A stretch of DNA of 64,000 bases from Callorhinchus milii. Its lineage: Eukaryota. The stretch lies in NCBI RefSeq assembly GCF_018977255.1, contig NW_024704743.1, positions 60,390,001 to 60,454,000 on the forward strand, written 5' to 3'. Positions 62,953-64,000 of the stretch are shown piece after piece. A model generated the notes under the pieces. It saw only the letters and a list, made by a program, of their open reading frames with translations. It was not told the origin of the DNA and made no database searches. The translations under genes and the position numbers were made by a program. Position 1 is the stretch's first letter; each line of letters begins with the position of its first letter.

Positions 62953-64000
62953 GAAATCCTCTAACGTGTGAAGCACGTTGCCAATTTTTCACAAATGTTC
63001 AGAAATCACCATCATGGACGAGTTGGGTCGAATGGCTGGTTCCATACTGTATCACTCTGTGTATCACAATTAGTCATTTTGTGACTCTTTCAGATGAGAC
63101 AGCTTTCGGGGGATGTTCTAAAGGAAAATAGAGACATTTAATCTGAGCAGAATGAACAAAAGGCAATTTAGGACAGAAGTCACTGAAACCTAAACACGAA
63201 TCATTGGTACAGATTGAGGAAACCCAGTGTATACTTGAAAGCAAGTCAATAAAGCAGGACAGAGAGCAAAAAATAAAATCAGTGAAACGATCATTTACAA
63301 CAGATGTTAAAATGTCTACACTCAGAGTTATAGGGCTGATAATGATCACATCACCACAACTGTCTGTCTTTTAATCATCATCAAAGCACTTCACAGCAGG
63401 TGTGACAGCCCTTCTGATTCCTGAACAATAGTTTGGCCCAAAGTTAATGGAAACCTCTAGTTACTTCCATTTTGTTTCTATCCACCAAGTGGAGCATTTA
63501 AGTAGTGCTTCACGAGATTTCAGGAGCGTTAAAAAGACTGTTTTGGATCACAATTTTCGGCTTCATGGAAATTATCACATCAAACGTTGCATTTTTCACC
63601 CAATAAATATTGGGAACAATTTACCAAGCAGGGTACTAGAGGCAATGCATCTGGCAATGGAAAATACAATTACAGTAGTTCCCATAAAGCGATGAAAGTC
63701 AATGCGCAGGAAGGGTCAGCTTCTATCATTCCTGAATTAGTTTTTGCTACTTCACTATAATCATGATGAGACTTCACACTTTATGTTATGTTTTTAAAAC
63801 ACAGAATTAAAGTAATTACAGCACAGAAGGAGACCATTTGACCCATCAAGTCCATGCTGGTGCTAGCTGGAGGTACCTAAGCAAATTCCAGTTCTCTTTT
63901 CCTCTTTTCTTCAACAGTCTATACTGCTCCTCTGCAAATGTTTATCCAGTTCCCAATTAAACACTGTTATAATTTGAAGCCTGAATAGTTAAGTTACTTG

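Noticed and set aside
1..64000. CRISPR array, rRNA, prokaryotic operon or endogenous viral gene
   Set aside because: No regular repeat-spacer array, rRNA-like sequence or long non-TE ORF. The recurring motifs are SINE/LINE tails.

Overview
Eukaryotic, AT-rich, repeat-dense DNA. The repeat content (DeuSINE/SacSINE1-like SINEs, CR1 with (TTCTTATG)n tails, L2, a Penelope-like element) points to a cartilaginous fish; that assignment is inference. The left 17.3 kb holds the 5' part of a collagen type I alpha 2 gene (col1a2) on the minus strand. It comprises a promoter with TATA and inverted CCAAT, exon 1 with the conserved collagen 5' stem-loop and uORF, two micro-exons, and exons 4-12 with GT-AG boundaries and the 45/54-bp Gly-X-Y pattern. 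The gene continues past position 1. The deduced N-terminus is MLSFVDTRILLLLAVTTFVARSQYEDAYGYGLE(TYWK)GPQGSRGDRGQQGDRGPRGPDGVDGDPGQPGLPGLPGPPGAPGLSGNFAAQYRKEDTMTPGIMGIPGPR...GHPGRKGHRGYNGLNGRRGDAGATGGK. The remaining ~47 kb is upstream intergenic DNA with no host gene I can support. It contains LINE/SINE/PLE relics and several unique blocks that look like enhancers. The most notable items are the unusual N-propeptide and telopeptide, a Ser-rich/Pro-poor helix, a templated-rearrangement scar in intron 6, a Penelope-like element carrying a hammerhead core, and an unclassified hairpin-rich ~630-bp repeat family. I found no demonstrably new biological system. Repeat boundaries are approximate, and family names and human reference sequences are recalled from memory, not from a search.
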